Positions 1 to 8,644 of a stretch of 52,254 nt of DNA are shown here, in pieces. The notes beneath the pieces were generated by a model. It saw only the letters and a list, made by a program, of their open reading frames with translations, searched no databases and was not told the DNA's origin. Every line of letters begins with the position of its first letter. The first letter of the stretch is position 1. This DNA comes from a virus (Duplodnaviria; Caudoviricetes): positions 1 to 52,254 of the IMG/VR virus record IMGVR_UViG_3300023184_000171; one strand, written 5' to 3'. The position numbers and the translations under genes are program-made.

Positions 1-4
1 CCAT
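1..4 (-). CDS. Start codon of the next structural gene, probably the major capsid protein (truncated by the window edge)
   Basis: The minus strand reads GGAGAATAACTA-ATG-G (SD plus ATG) right after the stop of the 204-aa gene. Identity is inferred only from the order portal-scaffold-decoration-MCP. Confidence 0.4.
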
Positions 5-15
5 TAGTTATTCTC

Positions 16-630
16 CTAGACGCCGGTTGCAAGGCGATATTGATGAATGCCTTGGTTCCATGACACCAGAACTTCGACAAAGGAACCGGTAGCCGGTGCG
101 GTATCAGGCACAACGTCCACAACCTTACACGGGATTGCTGCCGTGGTTGCGGTGCTGTTAAGGACACAATGTGCGCTGTTGCCGGTGGTCGTGCTACCCG
201 CATTAACAACCAGCGCGGCATTTCCGCCAACCATCGTCGCACGGGTAGCTTGTGCAACAGTGGTAGTGCCAGAAACAATCGCGGTCTTCATCACCAGATC
301 GGGATCATCCGCAATATATGCGGTAATCGCGGTCGAAGTGTCCGGGGTGCCGGTGGTCAGGGCGGGGTAATACTGCCCGTAAATGCGCTGGTTGGATGAG
401 TTGATATAACTGCAACCCATAAAGATACCAACGACGTTAACCGTGGACGCAGTCAAAACAGCCGTAGTAATACAGCCATTTGAAGACATGAGAACCACAT
501 CACCAAAGTAAATACTGGTGCCGTGTGCCGTTTGGATCGGAATTTGCCGGGTTGAACCGGAAAAGACCTGTCCACCCAGCAGATTGACGGGAATTAGCCC
601 GTACGGTGCTGAAACAGTAGGATAAGCCAT
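16..630 (-). CDS. Putative capsid decoration/cement protein
   Basis: 204-aa ORF with SD AGGAG; beta-rich T/A/V/G composition; lies between the scaffold and the presumed MCP. Confidence 0.6.
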   Translation of the reverse strand: MAYPTVSAPYGLIPVNLLGGQVFSGSTRQIPIQTAHGTSIYFGDVVLMSSNGCITTAVLTASTVNVVGIFMGCSYINSSNQRIYGQYYPALTTGTPDTSTAITAYIADDPDLVMKTAIVSGTTTVAQATRATMVGGNAALVVNAGSTTTGNSAHCVLNSTATTAAIPCKVVDVVPDTAPATGSFVEVLVSWNQGIHQYRLATGV

Positions 631-662
631 GTAAAACTCCTAAAAGTTGTTTAAATGTTACG

Positions 663-1115
663 TTATTTTTTGCCGCTGCCGAACGTCACTGACGACCTGT
701 TATCTTTAAACAAGGGCATACGAGCGTCGTTTTGCTGCATAAAGCTGTTGTCTACGGCCTGTACCTGATCGTCTGAGGCTTTCTTGTAGAAAGCTGCGCG
801 TTGTTCCATAAATTCTTTAGGAATTTTGCACAGCAAAAGCCCACCAATCTCGATATTGCCTTTAAATCTGCTGTTAGGGTCTGAAAATGCGTGCATTTGC
901 GGTTGACTATCCGCTTTTACGGGTTCCCAGCCTTCACGGAATTTTGCAGACGTATTCGTTGGGTCAAATTGCCCAAGAAGTGACGTCCGTACCCACCTGA
1001 AAGAATACCCTTCCTCCGGTTCTGGAGTGGGCAAACCCTGTGGTTGTGTCCAACGTTGAACGCGCTGCGTAGTTTCACGAGCTTCCATTTCACGAGCGAG
1101 ACGATTTTCAGCCAT
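663..1115 (-). CDS. Head-module hypothetical protein
   Basis: Start reset to MAENRL at 1115 (SD AGGAG upstream, overlaps the scaffold stop). Contains FRWVR..., REGWEPV and GGLLLCKIP motifs typical of head-module proteins in this phage type. Confidence 0.7.
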   Translation of the reverse strand: MAENRLAREMEARETTQRVQRWTQPQGLPTPEPEEGYSFRWVRTSLLGQFDPTNTSAKFREGWEPVKADSQPQMHAFSDPNSRFKGNIEIGGLLLCKIPKEFMEQRAAFYKKASDDQVQAVDNSFMQQNDARMPLFKDNRSSVTFGSGKK

Positions 1116-2079
1116 TTGCAGACTCCTGAAGAGCAAGTTGTTTAGCGTATAGTTCTAAAGGCACACCCAGCCTCTTAGCTATACTAACTTGTGTTGTAGT
1201 TAAAATAATTTTTTTAGCCCCTGTAGAACGCTTTGCTGGTGCAACAACAGTTGCCGATCTTTTAACTTCGGGAGCATCTGCGCTGTCATCATCGCCTACT
1301 GACTTGTAGAAGTCAGGGAACCGCTGTTTCATACGCGCATCTATCTGCGTGTAATACTCGTCACTACGCGGGTCTAAACCCGAAGATACCAACTGCTTAT
1401 GCCGAACAAGCGCGACGGCAGTCATCTCGTCATCATTGCCAAACCACTGGTTTCTGGCTTGCCAGCGCAAGGTTTTCTCATCAGGTTTGGCAGGTGCTTG
1501 TACTGATAATTGTTGTTCTACCGCATTAGAATCATCTTGTAAAGGGGTAGGCTTAAAATTCTTAGCCTGTTCCATTCGCATTTGCGCGGTAGTCAAGGCC
1601 GCTTGTGCCTCAATCATAGCGTCTGCGTCAAAAGCCTCATGCGCTTCTTTAAACTGCTTTTTGGCAACCTCGTATTCAGCATCGGCGGCGCTCTTTAGAG
1701 TCCCCGCGTATGCTTGCTCGCCAGTAGAAACGTATTGTTTGAGGCGTTTGTTTTCGTCAACAAGGCTGCGAGCAACTTTTTCAAGCTCTTCCCGTTCCCG
1801 AACAGCCGTTTCTTTAGCCCGCCGCTCATCATGCCGAAGATGACTTATCTCTTTGATTCTGCGCTTAACTTTATCGCCGTATTGCTCCAATTCCTCGTCA
1901 GTAACCTCTGCTACGTTACCTGCGGGGGCGTAGCCACGGTCTTTTTCAGGCGTGTCATCTTTTACTTCAATGTCAACATCGCCCTCAATATCAAACTCTA
2001 TAGCCGCATCATCTTGCTTTTGTTGCGATGCAGCATCTTTGTCTTGTTCGTCTGGAAACTTATACGATTCATTTGCCAT
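1108..2079 (-). CDS. Capsid scaffolding protein
   Basis: 323 aa; acidic N-terminus, long coiled coil, NQWFG motif and C-terminal AKRLGVPLELYAK; downstream of the portal. Confidence 0.7.
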   Translation of the reverse strand: MANESYKFPDEQDKDAASQQKQDDAAIEFDIEGDVDIEVKDDTPEKDRGYAPAGNVAEVTDEELEQYGDKVKRRIKEISHLRHDERRAKETAVREREELEKVARSLVDENKRLKQYVSTGEQAYAGTLKSAADAEYEVAKKQFKEAHEAFDADAMIEAQAALTTAQMRMEQAKNFKPTPLQDDSNAVEQQLSVQAPAKPDEKTLRWQARNQWFGNDDEMTAVALVRHKQLVSSGLDPRSDEYYTQIDARMKQRFPDFYKSVGDDDSADAPEVKRSATVVAPAKRSTGAKKIILTTTQVSIAKRLGVPLELYAKQLALQESANG

Positions 2080-2090
2080 GATTTATCTCC

Positions 2091-2501
2091 TTATGCGCGG
2101 GCTATGCCGCGTGGGTCTTCAACAACTCCCTCAACTGCGTCGTCGTTAATTAAACGAAACTCACGGTTGTGAATCTTCAGGCGTGAACCCGTATTAGGAC
2201 GAATCAGAACGAAGTCTCCTTTTTTGCACCATGCTCCACTGGGGAAGCGCGTGGTGTCTTTGTAGCAGTCTGGCCCAAGTTCAACAACAAATAACACTGT
2301 GGTGAGGCGCTCTTCGTAGGTCTTGGTAACGTCTGCTTTGACAATTCCACTCTCGTAAGTCCCGTCAATTTCGGGGACAGCACATAGCATATGGAAACCT
2401 GAAGGTATTGGGAGTTGCTTTGCTTTTTGCTCAGGTGTGTCAGGTAGGACTGTTGACTGCTCCGGGTTGTTTGCATCTTGGCCTATAAAGATTTCACTCA
2501 T
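2091..2501 (-). CDS. GroES-like co-chaperonin (Cpn10 family)
   Basis: PSGFHML..., ESGIV, VVELGPDCY, KKGDFV and FRLINDDAVEGVV match the GroES pattern. Confidence 0.8.
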   Translation of the reverse strand: MSEIFIGQDANNPEQSTVLPDTPEQKAKQLPIPSGFHMLCAVPEIDGTYESGIVKADVTKTYEERLTTVLFVVELGPDCYKDTTRFPSGAWCKKGDFVLIRPNTGSRLKIHNREFRLINDDAVEGVVEDPRGIARA

Positions 2502-2694
2502 CTGGATCGCTCTCAAGTTGTCTTACGAGGTCTGTGATATGGCGCTCCGCAAGGGCTAGACCTTTTATTACCCCGCAAAGGTTTTGATACTCGTCAAATG
2601 TTTTGCAAGCGCCGCCAGCAGCGTCGTTTGTGTAGTTGTGTATATCTTCGCGCAGCCGTCTTACCAGTGCATCAGAAAACTGCGGGTACATCAT
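2494..2694 (-). CDS. Hypothetical protein
   Basis: 66-aa ORF coupled to both the portal and the GroES-like gene; Y..LCG.I.GL motif. Confidence 0.7.
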   Translation of the reverse strand: MMYPQFSDALVRRLREDIHNYTNDAAGGACKTFDEYQNLCGVIKGLALAERHITDLVRQLESDPDE

Positions 2695-5135
2695 TACGCA
2701 CTCTCCGGTGGGGTTTTTTTAACTTCAGCCATCTTTTTCTGATGCGCAAGCTGCTCGCGGTGCTTATTAAAATCAAGCGTCCGTTGATTTGTCTGGTGCC
2801 CAGACTGCTCTTTAGCTTTGGCTATCTCAACACCAACCTTCAACCCCGCAAGCTTCAGTTCCTCTTGTTTCGCCGCATTGTCGGCTTGGTCTTTAGCTGC
2901 TTTACGTTGAACCTCAGACTGTTTAATTTGAAGTTCCTGCTGCTGCATCTGCATCATCGGGTCTTGCTGGTTCTGCTGGGCTTGCTGGTTAGCCACCATC
3001 GCTTTACTCTGCGCTATAACCTGCGTGGCAGCTTGCGCAAGGAGCTTGGACAACTGGTATTCCATCTCCGGTGGCAAGCCCTCTTTAGAGTCTGGCAGCG
3101 GTGCGCCCAAGGCTTCAGACATTTTGTTACGGTATGCAAACCCAACGTGCTCCGCTATGTGCGCCATCATGGATGCTTGGATAGCCTGTGCTCGCGGGTT
3201 CTGCCCAATCAACTGTTGAATAATTGGGTCTTGCATAGCCGTGTTATGCACCACTATGTGCGACTCGTGGTCTTGGTATGCCACGGCTTTCACCGGTTTA
3301 CCTGCCAATACATTCTGGTTTTCTTGCACGGGGTCGGTTGGTTTTAAATCATCCTCGGTGGGCACAAGCTTCTCAATATTTTTAATGCCCAACACATGCA
3401 ACATCTGCCGATGAAGCTCTGGCATGTCGTATATCTGTGGTGACATCGCCGCCAGTTGCAGAACCGCCTGATACTGGACAACCCGCTGGCTCATCGTTGC
3501 CGCGTTCGGGTCAGACACCGGGATAATCTCTACGTGGCGGTAGTCTTCATATTTAGCGCTGCGGCCTTGCTCTCCGTCTACATCATACGGATATTCTTTA
3601 TTAGCTGGGCAATCCTCGCGCACTAGCTCTGCAATTAATTTTAACTCTTGCTTAAACGCAAAGTGAACCCGCGCCTGAACCGCTGACATAATCTTAAGGG
3701 TGCGTTCAAGAATAGCCAGCGTTGTCCCAACCGGGGCTTGCGCCGACATATCGGAAACCTTCATGTCCGCAGTTGCACCAAACCTGCGCCCGTCTTCTAC
3801 AATCTTATCCAGCAACCCCGCCAATACTTGACTTGGTTCCTTATAGGGAAGCATTAGAATGTTATCCCGTATGGCACCCGAACCAATATCTACGTCTCTA
3901 AACTCTCCCGGAGAAATTGGCGTGTCATCACCTTTTATGCGCATCCCACGGGTTTTCAATCCACCCGGAAGATTAGATAGCGTCCCAGCGTCTACAAGCT
4001 GGCGGATGATGCTGGTGGCACTTTTAGCAAAACCGCCAATCAAATGAAACAACCCAAACCCATACGCGCCAAAGCCGGGGATGTATTGATAGTGAACGTA
4101 GTGCAGCCGCTTCTGTTTTACTTTATCGCTTTCTTTCCAATTACGGCGTATAGCCAAAACCTGATTGCTACCTTCTACAAAAGTAACAATGTAAGGCCGC
4201 GCTATCCCCGTCGCATCGCCTTCTTTGTCGGTATCTTCAAACCCCGGCAAGTCCAAATCCGCGCAACATTCATTAATAACGTAGCGGTCATCATTTATTG
4301 GAGATACGCCAGTCTCCGTGTCTATCCGTTTCTGAATATCACTAACCGTCTTGGGCGGGTCACCAATTTCTACATCAAGCCAAAAGCCGTCGTATTGCAG
4401 CATCCGCACTTCGTTTTTATTCTTGCGCATACGGTGCGTAATGCGGGGGCATGTCAGAAGCTCGGATGTCCCGTACGGGAGAATAATATCTTCTGCCGTT
4501 ACAAACACCGAGGTCTGTCTGCCAAGGGCTGGGTCTTTATAAACTTTCTTAAAGGCAGACCCCGCTGCGGGGAGGCTCCACAACATCCGTTCATGCTCAG
4601 GACGGAACTCCACCATGTTCTCCGTCAACTGCCAATTCAAGTCTTCTGCCACACGCCCCGCTGCCGCGTCTTTCTCGATAGTCTGCTTCCCAACAATTTT
4701 TGTTTTAGCTGGCCCCGCAGCGGGGAACGTCTCCATGATTGTCTCTGATTGAAACCGAACAACCGCTTCCGTTATCATCGGATGAAACACTCCACACGCC
4801 CCTGACCACGGCTCCGTGCGTTCCTCGTATTTAAGACCCAGCAACTTAATGCCGTCCTTCATCATGCTCTCCCAATCCTTGCGGGAGCTAATGTCGTTCT
4901 TTACATCCGCCGCCAATTCAGACACCAACGTCTCCAAATCCCGCGCATCCATATACTCCGCGAGGTTAGCGTTGAAATCGTCAGAGCTTTCTTTACCGGG
5001 AGTTATCTCAATCTCTACCCCGTCCGCAGTAATTTTTACGGCTTCTGGGTCAACAATCTCTATCTCCATGTCCGACTGGTTCTGCTCAGCGTCCATCCCT
5101 TGCGGGGCTTGGTAGATACTTTTTTCCATAGCCAT
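2694..5135 (-). CDS. Portal protein
   Basis: 813 aa, downstream of terL; PWSGACGVFHP, GSAFKKVY and YGFGLFHLIG motifs; Q-rich coiled-coil C-terminus as in P22-like portals. Confidence 0.85.
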   Translation of the reverse strand: MAMEKSIYQAPQGMDAEQNQSDMEIEIVDPEAVKITADGVEIEITPGKESSDDFNANLAEYMDARDLETLVSELAADVKNDISSRKDWESMMKDGIKLLGLKYEERTEPWSGACGVFHPMITEAVVRFQSETIMETFPAAGPAKTKIVGKQTIEKDAAAGRVAEDLNWQLTENMVEFRPEHERMLWSLPAAGSAFKKVYKDPALGRQTSVFVTAEDIILPYGTSELLTCPRITHRMRKNKNEVRMLQYDGFWLDVEIGDPPKTVSDIQKRIDTETGVSPINDDRYVINECCADLDLPGFEDTDKEGDATGIARPYIVTFVEGSNQVLAIRRNWKESDKVKQKRLHYVHYQYIPGFGAYGFGLFHLIGGFAKSATSIIRQLVDAGTLSNLPGGLKTRGMRIKGDDTPISPGEFRDVDIGSGAIRDNILMLPYKEPSQVLAGLLDKIVEDGRRFGATADMKVSDMSAQAPVGTTLAILERTLKIMSAVQARVHFAFKQELKLIAELVREDCPANKEYPYDVDGEQGRSAKYEDYRHVEIIPVSDPNAATMSQRVVQYQAVLQLAAMSPQIYDMPELHRQMLHVLGIKNIEKLVPTEDDLKPTDPVQENQNVLAGKPVKAVAYQDHESHIVVHNTAMQDPIIQQLIGQNPRAQAIQASMMAHIAEHVGFAYRNKMSEALGAPLPDSKEGLPPEMEYQLSKLLAQAATQVIAQSKAMVANQQAQQNQQDPMMQMQQQELQIKQSEVQRKAAKDQADNAAKQEELKLAGLKVGVEIAKAKEQSGHQTNQRTLDFNKHREQLAHQKKMAEVKKTPPESA

Positions 5136-5136
5136 G

Positions 5137-5421
5137 TTATTTCCTTAAAGCAGCGTTTGTTTTGGGGTTGTAAGTAAAGGCTGTTGCAGGTTTCCCGGTT
5201 CTTTTAGCAGCCCTGTCTTTCGCACGTTCTTCAGCGGTCATCGCATCCCTAGCAGCGCCGCTTTTAGTGAATGTCTTGCCATCGTCTTTCATCTGCCCCC
5301 GCGCTTGCAGCACCGCTATCGCCGCCGCTTGTGGGTCAGCAGGGGGATTCTTCTGGGTGCGCATCTGCTCCGTCAGCCTATCCAGCAACTGATTCTTACC
5401 CATAAATTTCTGCGTTGCCAT
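5137..5421 (-). CDS. Hypothetical basic protein between terL and portal
   Basis: 94-aa ORF tightly packed between its neighbours. Confidence 0.65.
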   Translation of the reverse strand: MATQKFMGKNQLLDRLTEQMRTQKNPPADPQAAAIAVLQARGQMKDDGKTFTKSGAARDAMTAEERAKDRAAKRTGKPATAFTYNPKTNAALRK

Positions 5422-5429
5422 AAAAACCC

Positions 5430-6899
5430 TTAGTAATACGCCATGCTGCGGCGTGACCGAAACTCTTTTACCGGTGGCGCTTCATCCAGCGCGGTGCCAA
5501 TGAACCCGCCCTGCCTGAACCGTAGCAGAGCTTGTGTAGTTGTATCCACAAAGTCGTCATGCTCCCCCACCGGGAACGCTGCCATCTCTTCAATCACATC
5601 GTGCGCCCAGCGCTCGTCGGGTGCCCACACCCGCCCACTGGCAAACAAGTCAGCCACCGCGTTGACCCGGACTGTCTTGTCGTTACCTCTGCTTGGCGTA
5701 AACTCCTGCACCGGAATCCCGGCTAGGCGTAGCTCTTGAATCAATGGTGCGCCCGCTGCCTTCTTCTCAACAATGAACGCGTCGGGTTTCCAATCCTTGT
5801 AGTGGTCGAGCGCCACTTGCTTTAACTCAGGAAACTCCATCCGGTCTTTGAATGCGTCCAGCAGTATGACGTGCGCTACGTTCTTCTCTTCTTCGTTGAA
5901 CCACACCCCCCACGTTGTGCAAGCGCTATAGTCAGCGGATGTTTTAGCTTCAAACGCGGTGTCCCACGACTGAATCACGAACTGGCACTGGGGTGGGGTG
6001 TCATGAGGCCACACCCGCCACATCTCCCGTTTAATTATGGCGATGTTATCAGAGGTCGGTTCCTGCTGGTATTGAGCGTTCCAGAAGCGCGGCTGAAGCG
6101 TTGCCTTTGTTTTTAGCAACTCTTCAATAGGCCACTTCTCAGGCCATAAAGCTTTGCCTGACGGCAAGATAGCGGGGAGTTCAACTATCTCCCACTGGTC
6201 AGCGTCAGGGTTTTTAGTTTGGTAGTCTAGTAGCTTGGCGGTTAAGTCCAACTGCCCCCACCGCGTCATCACCACAATAATCGAACCGCCCCACATCAAC
6301 CGCTGGCGGGGGCCGGTCTGATACCAACTCCAACCCTGCTCAAACGGGAGCTTAGACCCACTCTTTAAGTCCTGCTCCGAGTGCGGGTCATCTATTACCA
6401 CCAAGTTAGCGCCGCGTCCCGCCAACGCACCCCCCGTGCCGACTGCGTAGTATTTCCCGCCTTGCGCCGTGCTCCACGACCCCGCGCTCTTAGAGTCGGC
6501 GCTGAGTTCTGTGCCGGGAAACACCTCCTTATATTCGGGCGTGGCAATCAAGTTCCGCACCCGGCGTCCAAAATCCTCTGACAAAGACGCGGTATGCGTA
6601 GCCATAATAACTTGGTCGGTGGGCTTATGCCCAAGCCACCACGCTGGCAGGAGGTAGGATGTCAACTCGGATTTGCCGTGGCGCGGGGCGATGTTGATAA
6701 TGATGCGTTTCTTTTTGCCGTCAAGAACATCCTTGAACAGCTTCGCCATTATCTTGTGGTGCCCCCCAACGGAGTAGTTGGGATACAACCTTTTGGCAAA
6801 TTCAATGAGCGATGCTTGTGACGCTGTTACCTCCAGACGTTTAATTTTCTCGTCAAGGAGCGTTAGTAGTTCTTCTTTCTGTTCACGCTGGGCTAGCAT
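5430..6899 (-). CDS. terL: Terminase large subunit
   Basis: Walker A-like APRHGKS, Walker B VVIDDP, coupling motif MTRW, and an RNase H-like nuclease (SWDTA ... HDDFVD). Start reset to ATG at 6899. Confidence 0.95.
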   Translation of the reverse strand: MLAQREQKEELLTLLDEKIKRLEVTASQASLIEFAKRLYPNYSVGGHHKIMAKLFKDVLDGKKKRIIINIAPRHGKSELTSYLLPAWWLGHKPTDQVIMATHTASLSEDFGRRVRNLIATPEYKEVFPGTELSADSKSAGSWSTAQGGKYYAVGTGGALAGRGANLVVIDDPHSEQDLKSGSKLPFEQGWSWYQTGPRQRLMWGGSIIVVMTRWGQLDLTAKLLDYQTKNPDADQWEIVELPAILPSGKALWPEKWPIEELLKTKATLQPRFWNAQYQQEPTSDNIAIIKREMWRVWPHDTPPQCQFVIQSWDTAFEAKTSADYSACTTWGVWFNEEEKNVAHVILLDAFKDRMEFPELKQVALDHYKDWKPDAFIVEKKAAGAPLIQELRLAGIPVQEFTPSRGNDKTVRVNAVADLFASGRVWAPDERWAHDVIEEMAAFPVGEHDDFVDTTTQALLRFRQGGFIGTALDEAPPVKEFRSRRSMAYY

Positions 6900-7512
6900 C
6901 AGCCTCTTCCGGCACAATCTCAACTAGCTCCGGGGGAACATCGTTGGCTTTACCCTCCACGACTTTCATCAAATCCATATACTTATCCATCCGGGTTTGG
7001 ATTTCTTTTTCCAAATCGCCGTCAGACAGCGCGGCTTTTTTAATTTCGATGCGTTCCGTAAACAGCGCCACTTCCGTTACCTTGCCTAGAACCTCGATTG
7101 CGCGGAGGCGTATCTTGGCGTCGGGGTGTTTGGATTCTTCAAGCAGTTGGGCGATACAGTAACCCCGTATCTCTTTAGCTTGTTCTACAAAAGCCCAGTC
7201 ATATGCAGTGAGCATCCCGACAAGATGCTGGACAGCTTTTGGAACCGTAACTTTAGTGAGCGCTTGCTTTTGGGTTTCCGCGTCAAGCGGTATGGTCATC
7301 GCGGCAAAGGCGTCTTGCGCGGATTTCTGTTGGGCGTTGGTGATTGTGGCGTCATCATCGAAGCCGAGGTCTTTTAACCACGCTGCGGTGGTTGTCTTCC
7401 CGTCCACAATATCGGCGGGAGGAGCCGTAGCATCCGCCACGAACTGCGCGTCATTTGATAGCACACTGGGCGCGTAGTCCGCATCTTGAATGCTAATCAG
7501 GTGTTCGAACAT
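6883..7512 (-). CDS. Probable terminase small subunit
   Basis: 209 aa directly upstream of and overlapping terL; helical RLRAIEVLGK...LFTER motif; SD GGAG. Confidence 0.6.
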   Translation of the reverse strand: MFEHLISIQDADYAPSVLSNDAQFVADATAPPADIVDGKTTTAAWLKDLGFDDDATITNAQQKSAQDAFAAMTIPLDAETQKQALTKVTVPKAVQHLVGMLTAYDWAFVEQAKEIRGYCIAQLLEESKHPDAKIRLRAIEVLGKVTEVALFTERIEIKKAALSDGDLEKEIQTRMDKYMDLMKVVEGKANDVPPELVEIVPEEADASPA

Positions 7513-7543
7513 TTAACTCCGCGCTTAATAAGCGAAAAACGGG

Positions 7544-7572
7544 TTTACTCTTTGCCCAATGTAGAATACACT
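7544..7572 (+). promoter_or_regulatory. Sigma70-like promoter for the predicted small RNA
   Basis: TTTACT (7544-7549), a 17-nt spacer, then TACACT (7567-7572). An alternative -10, TAGAAT, lies at 7562-7567. Confidence 0.5.
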
Positions 7573-7574
7573 AC

Positions 7575-7645
7575 AAGCTCCTTCGTTGTGAAGCGCTTTT
7601 TAAGCGCCCTCCAAACAGCCCCACCTCCTCCGGGGCTGTTTTTTT
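7575..7645 (+). ncRNA. Predicted trans-acting antisense small RNA against phage ribosome-binding sites
   Basis: Bounded by a promoter and a terminator. The 5' seed at 7577-7594 is complementary to the RBS regions of several plus-strand genes. Internal hairpin GCGCTT/AAGCGC (7593-7607) and three CTCC-containing anti-SD motifs. Confidence 0.6.
7613..7645 (+). terminator. Intrinsic terminator
   Basis: AAACAGCCCC-ACCTCCTCC-GGGGCTGTTT stem followed by a T-tract. Confidence 0.75.
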
Positions 7646-7861
7646 GTCTACTTATGTATAAGATTAGACAAGGGGGCTGAAATCCGTATTTAAATCCCTA
7701 GATGTAAAAAATTAGACATTAGACCTCTATTTTTGGCAATATGGTTCAAGAATAGTGTTCCCGCCAAGCTGCCTCGCCGCCCCGCCAAAAGGGTTGCCCC
7801 GCCCCCGGTGGGGTTCCGCTACCCCGTTGCGGGGCTAATGGGGAGTTACCAAAACGTGTTA

Positions 7862-7870
7862 TGGTATAAT
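7862..7870 (+). promoter_or_regulatory. Extended -10 promoter for the early operon
   Basis: Perfect TGnTATAAT (TGGTATAAT) about 80 nt upstream of the first plus-strand gene. Confidence 0.65.
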
Positions 7871-7952
7871 GTAGTTGTCGAATTGCTTCACGCCGTGGGG
7901 CAGCGACGCAGTAGGTGTGCATCACACACCTATCCACAAAAAGGAAATACAA

Positions 7953-8342
7953 ATGAACAAACAGCAAAGCAATTGGGTCACGATGCTCGGCAATTTGATT
8001 GCCGCCAAGAAAGACCACGCCGTGGCGTTGCGCGGGTTGCTCGCGCACCACGACAACAAACGGACGCTTGCGTTGGTGCAAGACATCGTGACGGGCTTGC
8101 GCATCGCGTTCCCGCAGACGGACGCTTGTGAGGGGGTTTACGCCGGGCAACCGACGGTAAGCTTCCCGAAAAAGGGAAGCGGGTTCCAGTTCTACCGCGA
8201 CGAGATTGCGGGGCTGTTGCCGAAGCTGCGCAAGAGCACGTCGTCGAAGCGCAACACCGTTGACCCCGTCGAAGCCGCTATCAAACGGCTTCGCAGCAGC
8301 TTCACCACCGCGCAGCTTCGCCGTATTGCCGCCGCGTTGTAA
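7953..8342 (+). CDS. Early hypothetical protein
   Basis: ATG at 7953 with SD AAGGA; 129 aa (MNKQQSNW...). Confidence 0.7.
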   Translation: MNKQQSNWVTMLGNLIAAKKDHAVALRGLLAHHDNKRTLALVQDIVTGLRIAFPQTDACEGVYAGQPTVSFPKKGSGFQFYRDEIAGLLPKLRKSTSSKRNTVDPVEAAIKRLRSSFTTAQLRRIAAAL

Positions 8343-8464
8343 TCGGCGGCTTCAAAGTTAGGTGTGTTCGGCACACCTAATTGTTAGACATTTTTCCACG
8401 GGCGTTGCTCGTGGGCGCGATGGGGGCGGCGCTATTCTGCCCCCGCTTGTTTTGGAGAAACACA

Positions 8465-8644
8465 ATGAGGTTCGGGATGTATCACGCAGAGACGGGCGCA
8501 CACCGTGAAGCGACTTGCTTCACACAGGCGCTCGATATGTGGCAGAACGCGCCACGCAGCGCGGGCACATGGGTGCTCGTTGTAGACGAGGTTGAGGTGG
8601 ATTCGGCGTATACCGCCGAGACGCCCAACAAGTGGGGCGAGTAG
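8465..8644 (+). CDS. Early hypothetical protein
   Basis: ATG at 8465 with SD GGAG; 59 aa. Confidence 0.6.
   Translation: MRFGMYHAETGAHREATCFTQALDMWQNAPRSAGTWVLVVDEVEVDSAYTAETPNKWGE

Noticed and set aside
2598-4748. Long plus-strand ORFs opposite the portal gene, and similar shadow ORFs elsewhere
   Set aside because: They are antisense shadows of well-supported genes, with no SD or recognisable motifs.
7930-7938. CTATCCACA as a DnaA box
   Set aside because: A single 8/9 match, better explained by the palindrome arm joined to the CACAA leader motif.
8358-8380. TTAGGTGTG-N5-CACACCTAA as a CIRCE element or N4-type hairpin promoter
   Set aside because: CIRCE is TTAGCACTC-N9-GAGTGCTAA, with different arms and spacer. 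N4 promoters have 3-nt loops and need a virion RNA polymerase, whose motifs I did not find in the giant protein.
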